DNA of 64,000 nucleotides from Paracoccaceae bacterium (GTDB lineage Bacteria > Pseudomonadota > Alphaproteobacteria > Rhodobacterales > Rhodobacteraceae), in NCBI GenBank assembly GCA_017854585.1, contig JAFMHK010000004.1:92655-156654 (forward strand), written 5' to 3'. The position numbers and the translations under genes are program-made. The notes under the pieces were generated by a model, which did not search any database, was not told where the DNA came from, and was given only the letters and a program-made list of their open reading frames with translations. This document shows positions 10,357-20,836 of this stretch, piece by piece (position 1 is the stretch's first letter; each line of letters opens with the position of its first letter).

Positions 10357-13002
10357 ATGCCCGTTGTCGTTGTCGAATCCCCGGCGAAAGCCAAGACGAT
10401 CAACAAGTATTTGGGCAGTAATTACACGGTTTTGGCGTCCTATGGACATGTCCGCGACCTGCCGCCGAAAGACGGATCTGTCGACCCCGAGCACGGGTTC
10501 GAGATGCTCTGGGAGGTTGCCGCCGACAGCAAGAAACATATCAAGGCCATCGCCGACGCGCTGAAAGACGACCCCGAACTTATCCTTGCAACCGACCCCG
10601 ACCGTGAGGGCGAAGCGATCAGCTGGCACCTCGAAGAGACGCTTCGCAAACGCAAGGCCATCAAGAAAGATACACCGGTCAGCCGCGTGGTCTTCAACGC
10701 GATCACCAAATCTGCGGTGACTGAGGCAATGAAGAACCCCCGGCAGGTCGATGGCCCACTGGTGGACGCTTATCTTGCCCGCCGCGCGTTGGATTATCTG
10801 GTTGGGTTCAATCTGTCTCCCGTCTTGTGGCGGAAACTACCCGGTGCCAAGTCGGCTGGACGCGTGCAATCAGTCTGCCTGCGCCTGATCGTCGAGCGGG
10901 AGATGGAGATCGAGGCCTTTCGCCCACGCGAATACTGGTCTGTTCGCGCCATTCTGGAAACGCCGCGCGGCAAGAATTTTGAGGCGCGGTTGCAGATTCT
11001 GGGCGGCAAGAAGTTGGACAAGTTCGACCTCAACAATGCCGCCGCCGCTGCGCTGGCCGTGAAAGCCGTATCGTCACGCGACCTGAGCGTGACCAAGGTG
11101 GAAGCCAAACCGGGTACCCGCAACCCTGCGCCCCCGTTCATGACCTCGACACTGCAGCAGGAGGCGAGCCGCAAGTTCGGGTTCGGTGCACGTCAGACCA
11201 TGAGCACCGCGCAGCGTTTGTATGAGGCCGGACACATCACCTATATGCGAACCGATGGCATCGACATGGCGCCCGAGGCCGTGACCGAGGCCCGCGCTAC
11301 CATCAAGTCCCGATACGGCGCCGATTATGTGCCCACCAGCCCCCGCATCTACAAGAACAAGGCCAAGAACGCGCAGGAGGCACACGAGTGCATCCGGCCA
11401 ACCGACATGGATAAATCGCCCGACGACATCAAGTTGAGTGAACCGGATCAGCGCAAACTCTACGAATTGATCTGGAAGCGGACGATTGCCAGCCAGATGG
11501 AGTCGGTCCGGTTGGAGCGCACCACCGTGGATATCGCCGACCCGACGGGCGACGTCGTGCTGCGGGCAACGGGTCAGGTTATCAACTTTGACGGGTTCCT
11601 GAAGGTTTACGAGGAAGGTCGCGACGACGATGAGGGCGAAGACAGCGCCCGCCTGCCCCAGATCGAACAGGGCGACAAGCTGAAGCTTGTGCGCGAGGCG
11701 CTGGCCGCCGACTGGGCGAAACTGGCCGGTCAGGAAGATGGCGTGATCGAAGAGGCCGCCACTGCGCGGACCTCCGACAGCGCGATCTTGTCGGCGGAAG
11801 GTGCGGTGCTGGGCCAACAGCATCACACCCAACCACCGCCCCGTTACACCGAAGCGACGTTGGTCAAGCAGATGGAAGAATTGGGTATCGGGCGGCCATC
11901 AACCTATGCGTCGATCGTGACCACCATTCAGGACCGCGGCTATGTTCTGAAGGACAAGAACCGCCTGATCCCCGAGGACAAGGGGCGGTTGGTCACGGCC
12001 TTCCTGTCCAACTATTTCCGCAAATACGTGGGTTATGATTTCACTGCCGACCTGGAAAACCAGTTGGATGAAGTGAGCGCGGGCGACCGCAACTACAAGG
12101 AGGTGCTTGAACGGTTCTGGCGCGATTTCAAGGCCGCTATCGACGAGACGGCCGAATTGCGGATCACCGAGGTGCTGGAAAAGATCAACGAGGTGCTCGA
12201 ACCGCATCTGTTCCCTGCCAAGGAAGATGGCAGCGACCCGCGCCTGTGCCCCAATTGTGGGATCGGCCGGTTGTCGATGCGCACCGCGCGATCCGGCGGC
12301 GCGTTCATCGGCTGTTCGAACTATCCCGAGTGCCGCTATACCCGCGCCTTCGCCCCACCGGGAGATGGCGACGACCAGCCCGACACCATTGGACCCGATG
12401 GAAAGATGCTGGGCATCGACCCGAACACATCCGAAAAGGTGACATTGCGCACCGGTCGGTTTGGCCCGTACGTGCAACTGGGTGACGCCACCGATGAGGT
12501 CCCCAAGCCGCCGCGCGCATCGCTGCCCAAAGGGTGGGATGCCGATAGCATCGACCTCGAAAAGTCGCTGCTGCTGCTTAGCCTGCCGCGTGAAATCGGC
12601 AAACATCCCGAAGATGGCGAACCGGTCGAGGCCGGGATCGGTCGCTATGGCCCCTTCGTGAAACACGGTCGCATCTATGCCAACCTGCCGGACGTGGACG
12701 AAGTGTTCACCGTCGGGATGAACCGCGCCGTGGAACTGATTGCGGCCAAGGCCGCCGGACGTGCCGGGCGGGGGACCGCCGCCGCACCCATCAAGTCGTT
12801 GGGTGAACACCCGACCGAAGGCGGGCCGGTGGATGTGATGCCGGGGCGCTACGGGCCGTATGTGAAATGGGGCAAGGTCAATGCTACGATCCCGAAAGAG
12901 ACCGAGCCCGAGGCGGTAACCATGGATCTTGCGGTGCAATGGATTGCGGAAAAGGCTGCCAAGGGACCGGCCAAGAAACGGACGGCGCGCAAGAAGTCCT
13001 GA
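10357..13002 (+). CDS. topA: DNA topoisomerase I
   Basis: Toprim start MPVVVVESPAKAKTINKYLG (ATG at 10357) and active-site Tyr context GHITYMRTDG. One C4 zinc ribbon (CPNCG...CSNYPEC) and three GRxGPYV C-terminal repeats. The track start at 10120 adds 79 non-homologous codons. Confidence 0.95.
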   Translation: MPVVVVESPAKAKTINKYLGSNYTVLASYGHVRDLPPKDGSVDPEHGFEMLWEVAADSKKHIKAIADALKDDPELILATDPDREGEAISWHLEETLRKRKAIKKDTPVSRVVFNAITKSAVTEAMKNPRQVDGPLVDAYLARRALDYLVGFNLSPVLWRKLPGAKSAGRVQSVCLRLIVEREMEIEAFRPREYWSVRAILETPRGKNFEARLQILGGKKLDKFDLNNAAAAALAVKAVSSRDLSVTKVEAKPGTRNPAPPFMTSTLQQEASRKFGFGARQTMSTAQRLYEAGHITYMRTDGIDMAPEAVTEARATIKSRYGADYVPTSPRIYKNKAKNAQEAHECIRPTDMDKSPDDIKLSEPDQRKLYELIWKRTIASQMESVRLERTTVDIADPTGDVVLRATGQVINFDGFLKVYEEGRDDDEGEDSARLPQIEQGDKLKLVREALAADWAKLAGQEDGVIEEAATARTSDSAILSAEGAVLGQQHHTQPPPRYTEATLVKQMEELGIGRPSTYASIVTTIQDRGYVLKDKNRLIPEDKGRLVTAFLSNYFRKYVGYDFTADLENQLDEVSAGDRNYKEVLERFWRDFKAAIDETAELRITEVLEKINEVLEPHLFPAKEDGSDPRLCPNCGIGRLSMRTARSGGAFIGCSNYPECRYTRAFAPPGDGDDQPDTIGPDGKMLGIDPNTSEKVTLRTGRFGPYVQLGDATDEVPKPPRASLPKGWDADSIDLEKSLLLLSLPREIGKHPEDGEPVEAGIGRYGPFVKHGRIYANLPDVDEVFTVGMNRAVELIAAKAAGRAGRGTAAAPIKSLGEHPTEGGPVDVMPGRYGPYVKWGKVNATIPKETEPEAVTMDLAVQWIAEKAAKGPAKKRTARKKS

Positions 13003-13337
13003 ACTGCTTCCAACGAAAGCGGATCGATATCCATCCCGTCTGAATGGCCGGGCATGGGCTGCTGGCCATCGGGGTTTGACGCGCCAGTCAGGGTCCGCGA
13101 CTCAGTCTGAGTGGATCGGTGCACGCGCGCTCTGACTTCGATCGGATTCTGTGGCAAAGCCGACACATGATCCCAGCAAACCTGCGTCTTCAAACATGTC
13201 TTGGCGGGAAACGGCCAAGGCCGCATTGCTTTCCGGCGCGGCGGCGCCTGTTGGTGGTGCGGGCCAGATAGAGACTGGCACGGGGGGCTCGTTCCAAGCC
13301 ATCTTGCCCCGAAATTTCATTCCGGGGGGATGTAAGG

Positions 13338-13592
13338 ATGGCACCTGAAACACAAGATCCCGTGCGGCGGTTCAGCTCGGGATTTCTGGCCGAATTGCAT
13401 GCACTTTTCCCATGGTGGCTGCACCTTGCATTGGCGTTGCTGGGCGCGCTGCTTGTGCTGTGGTTTGTCGGCCCGATCGGCGGAACCGCCCCTGTTGGCC
13501 TTTTGGCCGGCGTGGGTGCGGTGGGGGGGCTTTTGTTCTTGCCCGTGACCCTTGGCCTTGTGCATTTGTTGAGCCAGCCAAGCCACGACTGA
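13338..13592 (+). CDS. hypothetical small membrane protein (two predicted TM helices)
   Basis: 84 codons with helices WWLHLALALLGALLVLWFVG and LLAGVGAVGGLLFLPVTLGLV. Hand-counted GC3 is about 68 percent, slightly below neighbours. The SD is poorly spaced (AAGGATG). No family recognised. Confidence 0.3.
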   Translation: MAPETQDPVRRFSSGFLAELHALFPWWLHLALALLGALLVLWFVGPIGGTAPVGLLAGVGAVGGLLFLPVTLGLVHLLSQPSHD

Positions 13593-13664
13593 CGCAGGCA
13601 CTTGACCCCTAGCCGTTCTATGCGCACCTAACAGTGCGTAAACAACGCGGAATTTGGGGCCTAT

Positions 13665-14231
13665 ATGACAAATGTTCTCGCATTTCTGAGCGCGCGCCGC
13701 TCGGCCCCGGCGCGTTTGCTTGCGCCACCGATCCCCGATGCCAAAGAGGTGTGGGCAATGCTGGGTGCTGCAACGCGCGTTCCCGACCATGGCAAGCTGG
13801 AACCTTGGCGCATCTTGGTGCTGACGCGTCCCGCCTGCCAGCGATTGGCCCGTCTGATCGACCAGATCGGGACTAAGCGCGGGGACGAACCTGACCGTCT
13901 TGCCAAGACGATTGGCGGTTTCTCCGATACGCATCTGATCGTCGCCGTTGTCGCCAGCCCCGTGGTACATCGGGCCATTCCCGCTTGGGAACAGCACATG
14001 AGCGCGGGGTGCGTTTGCCTTGGATTGCTGAACGCGGCCGAGGCGATGGGGTATCGCGGCAACTGGCTGACCGGCTGGCCTGCTCAAGACAGGGCTTTTC
14101 TGTCAGAAGGGTTGGATCTGGCAGACACCGAATTCGTCGCGGGGTTCATTCATCTGGGCACCGCCGCCGACTTGCCGCCTGACAGACCACGACCGGACGT
14201 GACCGCAAAGACGAATTGGGTAACGACCTAG
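13665..14231 (+). CDS. nitroreductase family protein
   Basis: 188 aa. RRSAPARLL ... VPDHGKLEPWRILV is a typical nitroreductase-fold N-terminus. Clean ATG. Confidence 0.8.
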   Translation: MTNVLAFLSARRSAPARLLAPPIPDAKEVWAMLGAATRVPDHGKLEPWRILVLTRPACQRLARLIDQIGTKRGDEPDRLAKTIGGFSDTHLIVAVVASPVVHRAIPAWEQHMSAGCVCLGLLNAAEAMGYRGNWLTGWPAQDRAFLSEGLDLADTEFVAGFIHLGTAADLPPDRPRPDVTAKTNWVTT

Positions 14232-14341
14232 CGGCGCACGGACGGTGGCATTGTGGCGGGTGCTTGAATATGGCCCTGCAGAACCCGATTTATAGGCGTG
14301 GAGCAGGCTGTGGCACTGACGCGCGCAGACGAGTTATTTAT

Positions 14342-15046
14342 ATGATTTTAGACAGTTTTTTCAAATCAGTCGGACAACTTTTGGATCGCCGTTTCATCAG
14401 CGTTCTGTTGATGGGTATCGGCCTGACCGTTGCGCTGTTGGTTGCGTTTTATGTCGGGTTTGTCAGGTTGGTCGCATGGCTGATACCCGACGGCATGTCC
14501 CTGCCCTGGGTCGGAGAGATCACATGGCTGGACAACGCCCTGTCTTGGGCGGGCATTCCCATCATGCTTATCTTGTCGGTCATCCTGATGGTTCCGGTTG
14601 CCTCAGCGTTCACGGGGTTGTTTCTGGACCGGATCGCAGACGCCGTGGAGGATCGGCATTTCCCTGCTTTGCCCCCGCCGCGCCATGTCGGCGTGGTGGA
14701 AGGGATCGGTGATGCCTTGAGGTTTCTGGGCGTGATCGTCGCGGTCAACCTAATTGCGCTGGTTGCCTATTTGGCGGTGCCGCCGCTTGCCCCGGTCCTG
14801 TTTTGGGCCGTAAACGGCGCGCTATTGGGCCGGGAATACGCACAGATGGTTGCACTGCGGCGGCTTGATGGCGCGGGAGCCGCCGCCTTTCGCGCAAAAC
14901 ATCGCGGCACGATCTTTGCGGCCGGTGTCTTGATGGTCGTGCCCCTGACGATTCCGATCGTAAACCTTCTGGTGCCGATACTCGGCGCGGCAACCTTCAC
15001 TCATCTCTACCACGCGCTTAACGCGCGCCCATCCCGAACCGCGTGA
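14342..15046 (+). CDS. EI24/CysZ-like family membrane protein
   Basis: ATG at 14342 (MILDSFFKSVGQLLDRRF), 4-5 TM helices, layout of the CysZ/EI24 (DUF540-like) family. The upstream 42 codons of the track ORF are discarded. Confidence 0.7.
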   Translation: MILDSFFKSVGQLLDRRFISVLLMGIGLTVALLVAFYVGFVRLVAWLIPDGMSLPWVGEITWLDNALSWAGIPIMLILSVILMVPVASAFTGLFLDRIADAVEDRHFPALPPPRHVGVVEGIGDALRFLGVIVAVNLIALVAYLAVPPLAPVLFWAVNGALLGREYAQMVALRRLDGAGAAAFRAKHRGTIFAAGVLMVVPLTIPIVNLLVPILGAATFTHLYHALNARPSRTA

Positions 15047-15296
15047 ACATATCGATATCCGCGATCGTGATCACGCCCGTCAGGATGATGGTGGCAATGA
15101 TGCCCCAGATCACGATGGCCACGATACTGGTCAAGATAAACCGCCGCCGCATCTGCGGATTGGCGGGCGCGGACGCATGCGTGCCGATCAGCCGCTTGCC
15201 ATCTTCCCTTTGGCTGGTCATGCGAAGTGGCAAGATGACGAACAACGTCATGAACCATATGACGGCGTAGAGAACGATACCGGTGACGATGTTCAT
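15018..15296 (-). CDS. DUF1467 family small membrane protein
   Basis: 92 aa with MNIVTGIVLYAVIWFMTLFVILPL and a second C-terminal helix. ATGA overlap with the epimerase stop. Its 3' end overlaps the convergent EI24-like gene by 29 nt. Confidence 0.7.
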   Translation of the reverse strand: MNIVTGIVLYAVIWFMTLFVILPLRMTSQREDGKRLIGTHASAPANPQMRRRFILTSIVAIVIWGIIATIILTGVITIADIDMFTRFGMGAR

Positions 15297-15697
15297 ACCT
15301 GCTCCAACTCAACCAATGTGCCGTTAAAGTCCTTCGGGTGGAGGAACAGCACCGGCTTGCCATGCGCCCCGATCTTCGGCTCGCCGCTGCCGAGCACGCG
15401 CGCGCCTGACGCGATCAGTTTTTCACGCGCGGCCAGAATATCATCCACCTCGTAACAAATGTGGTGAATGCCGCCTGCCGGGTTCTTTTCCAGAAATCCG
15501 GCAATGGGAGAGTTTTCGCCCAACGGATAAAGAAGTTCGATCTTGGTGTTGGGCAGGGTGATGAAAACGACAGTCACCCCATGATCGGGTTCGTCCTGCG
15601 GCGCGCCGACAGATGCGCCCAACGTATCGCGATATTGGGCGCTGGCGGCATCCAGATCCGGAACTGCGATAGCGACATGGTTGAGGCGTCCGATCAT
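15293..15697 (-). CDS. mce: methylmalonyl-CoA epimerase (VOC/glyoxalase fold)
   Basis: MIGRLNHVAIAVPDLD start (ATG at 15697) and HHICYEVDDI, 134 aa. The longer track start is rejected. Confidence 0.88.
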   Translation of the reverse strand: MIGRLNHVAIAVPDLDAASAQYRDTLGASVGAPQDEPDHGVTVVFITLPNTKIELLYPLGENSPIAGFLEKNPAGGIHHICYEVDDILAAREKLIASGARVLGSGEPKIGAHGKPVLFLHPKDFNGTLVELEQV

Positions 15698-15846
15698 CAA
15701 GGGATCTCCTGCGTTGGGTTTACGGGATGGATATGACGACCTGAGCGCGAAATGCCAAGCGGCGCGTCGCCGCGCCCATTTACGTTCTATCAACCTTGAG
15801 TGGCTCTAATCAGGCTAGGGAATCGCCGTTGGATGGGACACGTGAA

Positions 15847-16554
15847 ATGGATGACATCATCGCAGAACTGAGACTTCGCCCCCGTCCGACGTCCGATCGC
15901 CCGTTAATGGGCCTGACCGTTCTGGTGGTCGAGGACAGCCGCTATGCATCCGAGGCGCTGCGCTTGCTGTGCCTGCGGTCGGGGGCGCGCATTCGCCGGG
16001 CGGATTGCCTGCTGTCGGCACGGCGGCACCTGAACGTCTATCGTCCGTCGGTCGCCATTGTGGATCTGGGTCTGCCAGATGGGTCGGGTGCCGAATTGGT
16101 GGCGGAAATGAACCTGACACTGCCACGCGTTCCGATCATCCTTGGCACATCCGGTGCTGACCCGGATGAAGCAGAAGCAACGGCCCTTGCGGCAGGCGCG
16201 GACGGATTCCTGCCCAAGCCATTGGAAACACTTGGGGCTTTCCAAGTGGCGATATTGGCCCACCTGCCACCGGAGCTGAGGCCGGGCGGATTGCGCAGCA
16301 TCACTAGCGATCGTGTAAAGCCAGACCGAACCGCGTTTCGCGAAGATCTGGTTCACGCGATGGACCTGCTGAGGCTTGACCCTCCCCCAGTTCCCTATCT
16401 CAGCCGATTTCTGGTGGGTGTCGCGCGGGCCGTGCAGGACAGTGGGCTGGAAGATCGGGCGGTTGCGATGAACCAACGCTTTGCGCCCCCCGATCACGCC
16501 GATCTGCGGGCCTTTCTGTCGCACAAATTGCAACAGATGGAAGCCGCCCTGTAG
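15847..16554 (+). CDS. orphan response-regulator receiver protein with an unrecognised C-terminal domain
   Basis: CheY-like receiver: VLVVEDS acidic pocket, phospho-Asp context AIVDLGLPDGSG, ILGTSG, FLPKP Lys. About 100 further residues match no output-domain motif I recognise. No kinase gene is adjacent. ATG at 15847; TTG at 15796 is possible. Confidence 0.75.
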   Translation: MDDIIAELRLRPRPTSDRPLMGLTVLVVEDSRYASEALRLLCLRSGARIRRADCLLSARRHLNVYRPSVAIVDLGLPDGSGAELVAEMNLTLPRVPIILGTSGADPDEAEATALAAGADGFLPKPLETLGAFQVAILAHLPPELRPGGLRSITSDRVKPDRTAFREDLVHAMDLLRLDPPPVPYLSRFLVGVARAVQDSGLEDRAVAMNQRFAPPDHADLRAFLSHKLQQMEAAL

Positions 16555-16632
16555 CAAGAACACCAAATCATGGCCCGCAGGCGTCAGCGACGGATTTTCC
16601 GGACGGTGCCACCGTCCTTCACAAGCGGCGGA

Positions 16633-17346
16633 TCACGCCAGACGCGGGTCGACTGCGTCAAGAATATCGGCCGTCAGATCTGACAAGCGTAGCCGTTGCC
16701 GACCTTTGGCATCGAAGTTTGAGGAGGCAAGCCAAATTTCGAAGGCTGCCCGCAGACGGGGCCATTCGCTGTCGATCGCGGCAAACCAAGCAGTGTCACG
16801 ATTGCGGTTTTTCACGATCGCCGCCTGCCGAAACACGCCTTCATACGATAGCCCCAAACGCTGAGCCGCGCGGCGCGACGGAAGATTCAACGCGTCGCAT
16901 TTCCATTCGTAACGTCGGTAGCCTGCGGAAAATGCCCATTCCATCATCAAGACCATCGCCTCGGTCGCCGTACGTGTGCCCTGCAAACCGGGTGCGAAGT
17001 TGATATGCCCGACCTCAATACTGCCTGCGTCAGGCGTGATGCGCAGAAAACTGGCCACGCCAACCCAGCACCCGGTTGCCGTGTCCTGAATGGCGTAGAA
17101 AACCGGGTCAGGTTTGCCTGCCGACAGATCAAGCCATTCTCGATAATCCGGAAGGGTCGCAAACGGCCCATACGGCAGGTAGGTCCAATTGCGGTCAGCA
17201 TCCACATTCGCAACAAAAAGATCGTCGGCATGACGCGCAGGATCAAGTCGTTCCAGCCGGGCATAACGTCCTGACAGGGTTTCCCCTTTGGGCCGCTGTG
17301 GCGGAACGAAGCCTGATACAGGCTCGCCGACGGTTTGACTGTTCAT
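16633..17346 (-). CDS. GNAT family N-acetyltransferase (RimJ/RimL-like)
   Basis: 237 aa. YARLERLDP ... IEVGHINFAP ... GYRRYEWKCDALNLPSRRAAQRLG is the acetyltransf_3-type core. Confidence 0.8.
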   Translation of the reverse strand: MNSQTVGEPVSGFVPPQRPKGETLSGRYARLERLDPARHADDLFVANVDADRNWTYLPYGPFATLPDYREWLDLSAGKPDPVFYAIQDTATGCWVGVASFLRITPDAGSIEVGHINFAPGLQGTRTATEAMVLMMEWAFSAGYRRYEWKCDALNLPSRRAAQRLGLSYEGVFRQAAIVKNRNRDTAWFAAIDSEWPRLRAAFEIWLASSNFDAKGRQRLRLSDLTADILDAVDPRLA

Positions 17347-17473
17347 TGCTTGACCCCTTTTTCGGTTAGTTCACCATGCCAAGCGCGATCCGGACAGAAC
17401 GCGGGCTTCTCAAAATGCAACCTAACTTCACATTTCCCGTCCCTAAATCCGCCCGAAGATATCACTTCTCCAC

Positions 17474-17499
17474 TTTATCCACACGCACATGTGGATAAA
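17474..17499. promoter_or_regulatory. inverted pair of consensus DnaA boxes (TTTATCCACA-cgcaca-TGTGGATAAA)
   Basis: Read directly: TTATCCACA at 17475-17483 and its reverse complement at 17490-17498. The arms extend to a 10-bp perfect match. The element lies 7 nt beyond the aspS stop. It could also fold as a hairpin. Confidence 0.5.
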
Positions 17500-17506
17500 T
17501 AACCAA

Positions 17507-19282
17507 TCAGTTCTGCGGGATAACCCTCAGGCCAAGTTCCATCAACTGCTCAGCCATCGGATCGGACGGCGCGTTCATCATCAGGTCTTCGGCCCGCTGG
17601 TTCATGGGGAACAGAATGACCTCGCGGATGTTGGCAGTATTGGCCAGCAACATCACGATACGGTCGATACCGGCGGCACAGCCACCATGCGGCGGCGCGC
17701 CATACTGGAAGGCGTTTACCATGCCACCAAACCGCTTGCGCACCTCATCTTGCCCGTAACCGGCCAGTTCGAAGGCCTTGAACATGATTTCGGGCTTGTG
17801 GTTCCGGATCGCGCCCGAAACCAACTCATAGCCGTTGCAGGCGAGGTCATATTGGTAACCCAGCACACCCAGCGGATCGCCGGACAACGCATCCACGCCA
17901 CCTTGCGGCATGGAGAACGGATTATGGCTGAAGTCGACCTTGCCCGTCGTTTCATCCTTTTCATACATCGGAAAATCGACGATCCAGGCAAAGGCGAACC
18001 GGTTCTGCTCCGTCAGCGCCAGTTCCTCTCCGATGACGGTCCGGGCACGGCCCGCGACGCCTTCGAATTCAGCTGGTTTGCCCGCCAGAAAGAACGCGGC
18101 GTCGCCGACATTCAGGCCCAATTGCTGACGGATCGCTTCGGTCCGCTCGGGCCCGATATTCTTGGCGAGAGGACCCGCGGCCTCAGACCCGTTTTCCCCG
18201 TCGCGCCAGAAGATGTAGCCCATCCCGGGCAGACCCTGTTCTTGTGCGAACTTGTTCATCCGGTCGCAAAACTTCCGCGAACCACCGCCGGGTGCGGGGA
18301 TGGCGCGGACCTGATTGCCCTCATGTTCCAGAAGGTTGGCGAAGATCGCAAAGCCGGAGCCGCGGAAGTGGTCAGACACCACCTGCATCTTGATCGGGTT
18401 GCGCAAATCGGGCTTGTCGGTACCGTACCAAAGGGCGCTGTCGGTATACGAAATTTGCGGCCAGTCCTGATCGACACTGGCACCGGCACCGAATTCCTCG
18501 AACACACCGCGGATTACAGGCTCGATGGTGTCGAACACGTCCTGCTGCTCGACAAAGCTCATCTCCATGTCGAGCTGATAGAAGTCAGTGGGCGATCGGT
18601 CGGCGCGCGGGTCTTCGTCGCGGAAACACGGCGCAATCTGGAAATACTTGTCAAAGCCAGACACCATGAGCAGTTGCTTGAACTGCTGGGGGGCTTGCGG
18701 AAGGGCGTAGAACTTGCCGGGATGCAAACGCGACGGCACAAGAAAGTCGCGCGCGCCCTCGGGGCTTGATGCCGTGATGATCGGCGTCTGGAATTCCTTG
18801 AACCCGCCATCCCACATACGTTTGCGAATGGAGGACACCACATCGGATCGCAGGATCATGTTGCGCTGCATCACGTCGCGCCGCAGATCAAGGAACCGGT
18901 AGCGCAGGCGCGTTTCTTCGGGGTATTCCTGATCGCCGAAAACCATCAATGGAAGTTCCTTGGCGGCACCCAGAACCTCGATGTCGCGGATGAAAACTTC
19001 AACTTCGCCGGTCGGTATCTTGGGGTTCACCAGCGCCGCATCACGCGCCTTGACCACTCCATCAATGCGAATGCACCATTCCGCGCGCACCTTTTCCACC
19101 TGTGCAAAGACCGGGCTATCGGGATCACAAAGCACCTGGGTCATTCCGTAATGATCGCGCAGGTCGATGAACAATATCCCTCCGTGGTCGCGGACCCGGT
19201 GCACCCAGCCCGACAAGCGGACGGTATCACCCACCTGGGCGGTGGTCAGGGCGGCGCAGGTATGGCTGCGGTAGGCGTGCAT
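17507..19282 (-). CDS. aspS: aspartate-tRNA ligase
   Basis: 591 aa. Class II motifs [10 protein letters not shown] and GGCAAGIDR, with an N-terminal OB-fold opening [12 protein letters not shown]. Confidence 0.96.
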   Translation of the reverse strand: MHAYRSHTCAALTTAQVGDTVRLSGWVHRVRDHGGILFIDLRDHYGMTQVLCDPDSPVFAQVEKVRAEWCIRIDGVVKARDAALVNPKIPTGEVEVFIRDIEVLGAAKELPLMVFGDQEYPEETRLRYRFLDLRRDVMQRNMILRSDVVSSIRKRMWDGGFKEFQTPIITASSPEGARDFLVPSRLHPGKFYALPQAPQQFKQLLMVSGFDKYFQIAPCFRDEDPRADRSPTDFYQLDMEMSFVEQQDVFDTIEPVIRGVFEEFGAGASVDQDWPQISYTDSALWYGTDKPDLRNPIKMQVVSDHFRGSGFAIFANLLEHEGNQVRAIPAPGGGSRKFCDRMNKFAQEQGLPGMGYIFWRDGENGSEAAGPLAKNIGPERTEAIRQQLGLNVGDAAFFLAGKPAEFEGVAGRARTVIGEELALTEQNRFAFAWIVDFPMYEKDETTGKVDFSHNPFSMPQGGVDALSGDPLGVLGYQYDLACNGYELVSGAIRNHKPEIMFKAFELAGYGQDEVRKRFGGMVNAFQYGAPPHGGCAAGIDRIVMLLANTANIREVILFPMNQRAEDLMMNAPSDPMAEQLMELGLRVIPQN

Positions 19283-19493
19283 CGGGGCATCCTTCGGGCT
19301 TGTGTCGCGGTCGGTGGGAGAAAGCGCGCGGACGGCGCGAAGTCAACCCCGGCACGCGGCATAGCGGAAGTGCGCGTTGCAAATCATCGGATTTCCGCCC
19401 GAATCGTTCCGGTTTTCGGCGCATCATGTGCGGAGCAACGTCCGCATCGAAGCCTCAGGGGCCTGCACGGCATTTGATCGGCCCCAAGAAGTC

Positions 19494-20293
19494 TCAGGGG
19501 CAGATCAGATTGGCATCAAGGGCGCCCGCTGTCCAACGGCCCAGACTACGGCTTTCCAGCGTGCCGTCCCGCAGAAGCCGGGTTGCCATCACGGCGGTCC
19601 AATCTGCGTTGGCGGTGATCATCTCGGGGCCATCGCCACAATCACGAATGCCGCCCGGAATGCCCGGCCAGCCAAGTTCGTGATTGGTCAGCCCGGGCGC
19701 TGAGGCAATCTCGATCAATTCAGGGCGACCATCAGGGTTGGGCACGTAGCGCCACACCCGCAAGATCCGCGCCAGATGCGGTCGGTCGATATAGGCAATC
19801 TCCATCATTCCGTCGCCATCCAGATCGGCCGCGCCGATTGGTGCCAGCCAACGATTGCGCTGTCCGATATAGGGCGTGGCTGCAACCATCTGCAGCATCG
19901 AGCCATCACCGGCATCATCATAGACAGTCAACTGCGCGCCCTGCGTCTCGTGGCTGCGCACCACGATGATTTCAAGGGTGCCATCACCGTTCATATCCGC
20001 CAGACGCGGGGCCTCATCTTCGAACACATGCGCAGGATCAAGCATGACATAGAGCGTGCCACAGTCGTTCATGGCAGAACTGGCATAGGCCATAAGCGCG
20101 CCGCCTTCGATGTCGTCGCCCAATGCGCCATGGGGATATCGGCTGGTTGGTGCGTCAAACCAGACTGCGGTTATATCCGCGCCATCATGCCCGAACACGA
20201 CGGTTTCCGGCATCTGGCTCAGCGTGTGGGGGGGAACTTCGCAGGCGGACGCGGCACTGGCGGAAAATGCCAAAATCAGCGCCAGTAACCGCA

Positions 20294-20294
<1 letters not shown>
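19494..20294 (-). CDS. secreted FG-GAP/VCBS-like repeat protein
   Basis: Signal peptide MRLLALILAFSASAASAC. Asp-rich loops DMNGDGTLEIIVV and DLDGDGMMEIAYI resemble FG-GAP calcium-binding repeats. ATGA overlap with the ferredoxin stop. Confidence 0.6.
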
Positions 20295-20787
<493 letters not shown>

Positions 20788-20836
20788 AAACAAGGTAAAG
20801 TTCGTCCAACAAGAAAAACCGGGACGGTCGAGCAAG

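Noticed and set aside
13276-13290. TGGCAC hexamer that could be the -24 element of a sigma-54 promoter.
   Set aside because: The GC dinucleotide of the -12 element is not at the required spacing. GG-N10-GC fails, because the sequence is TGGCACGGGGGGCTC.
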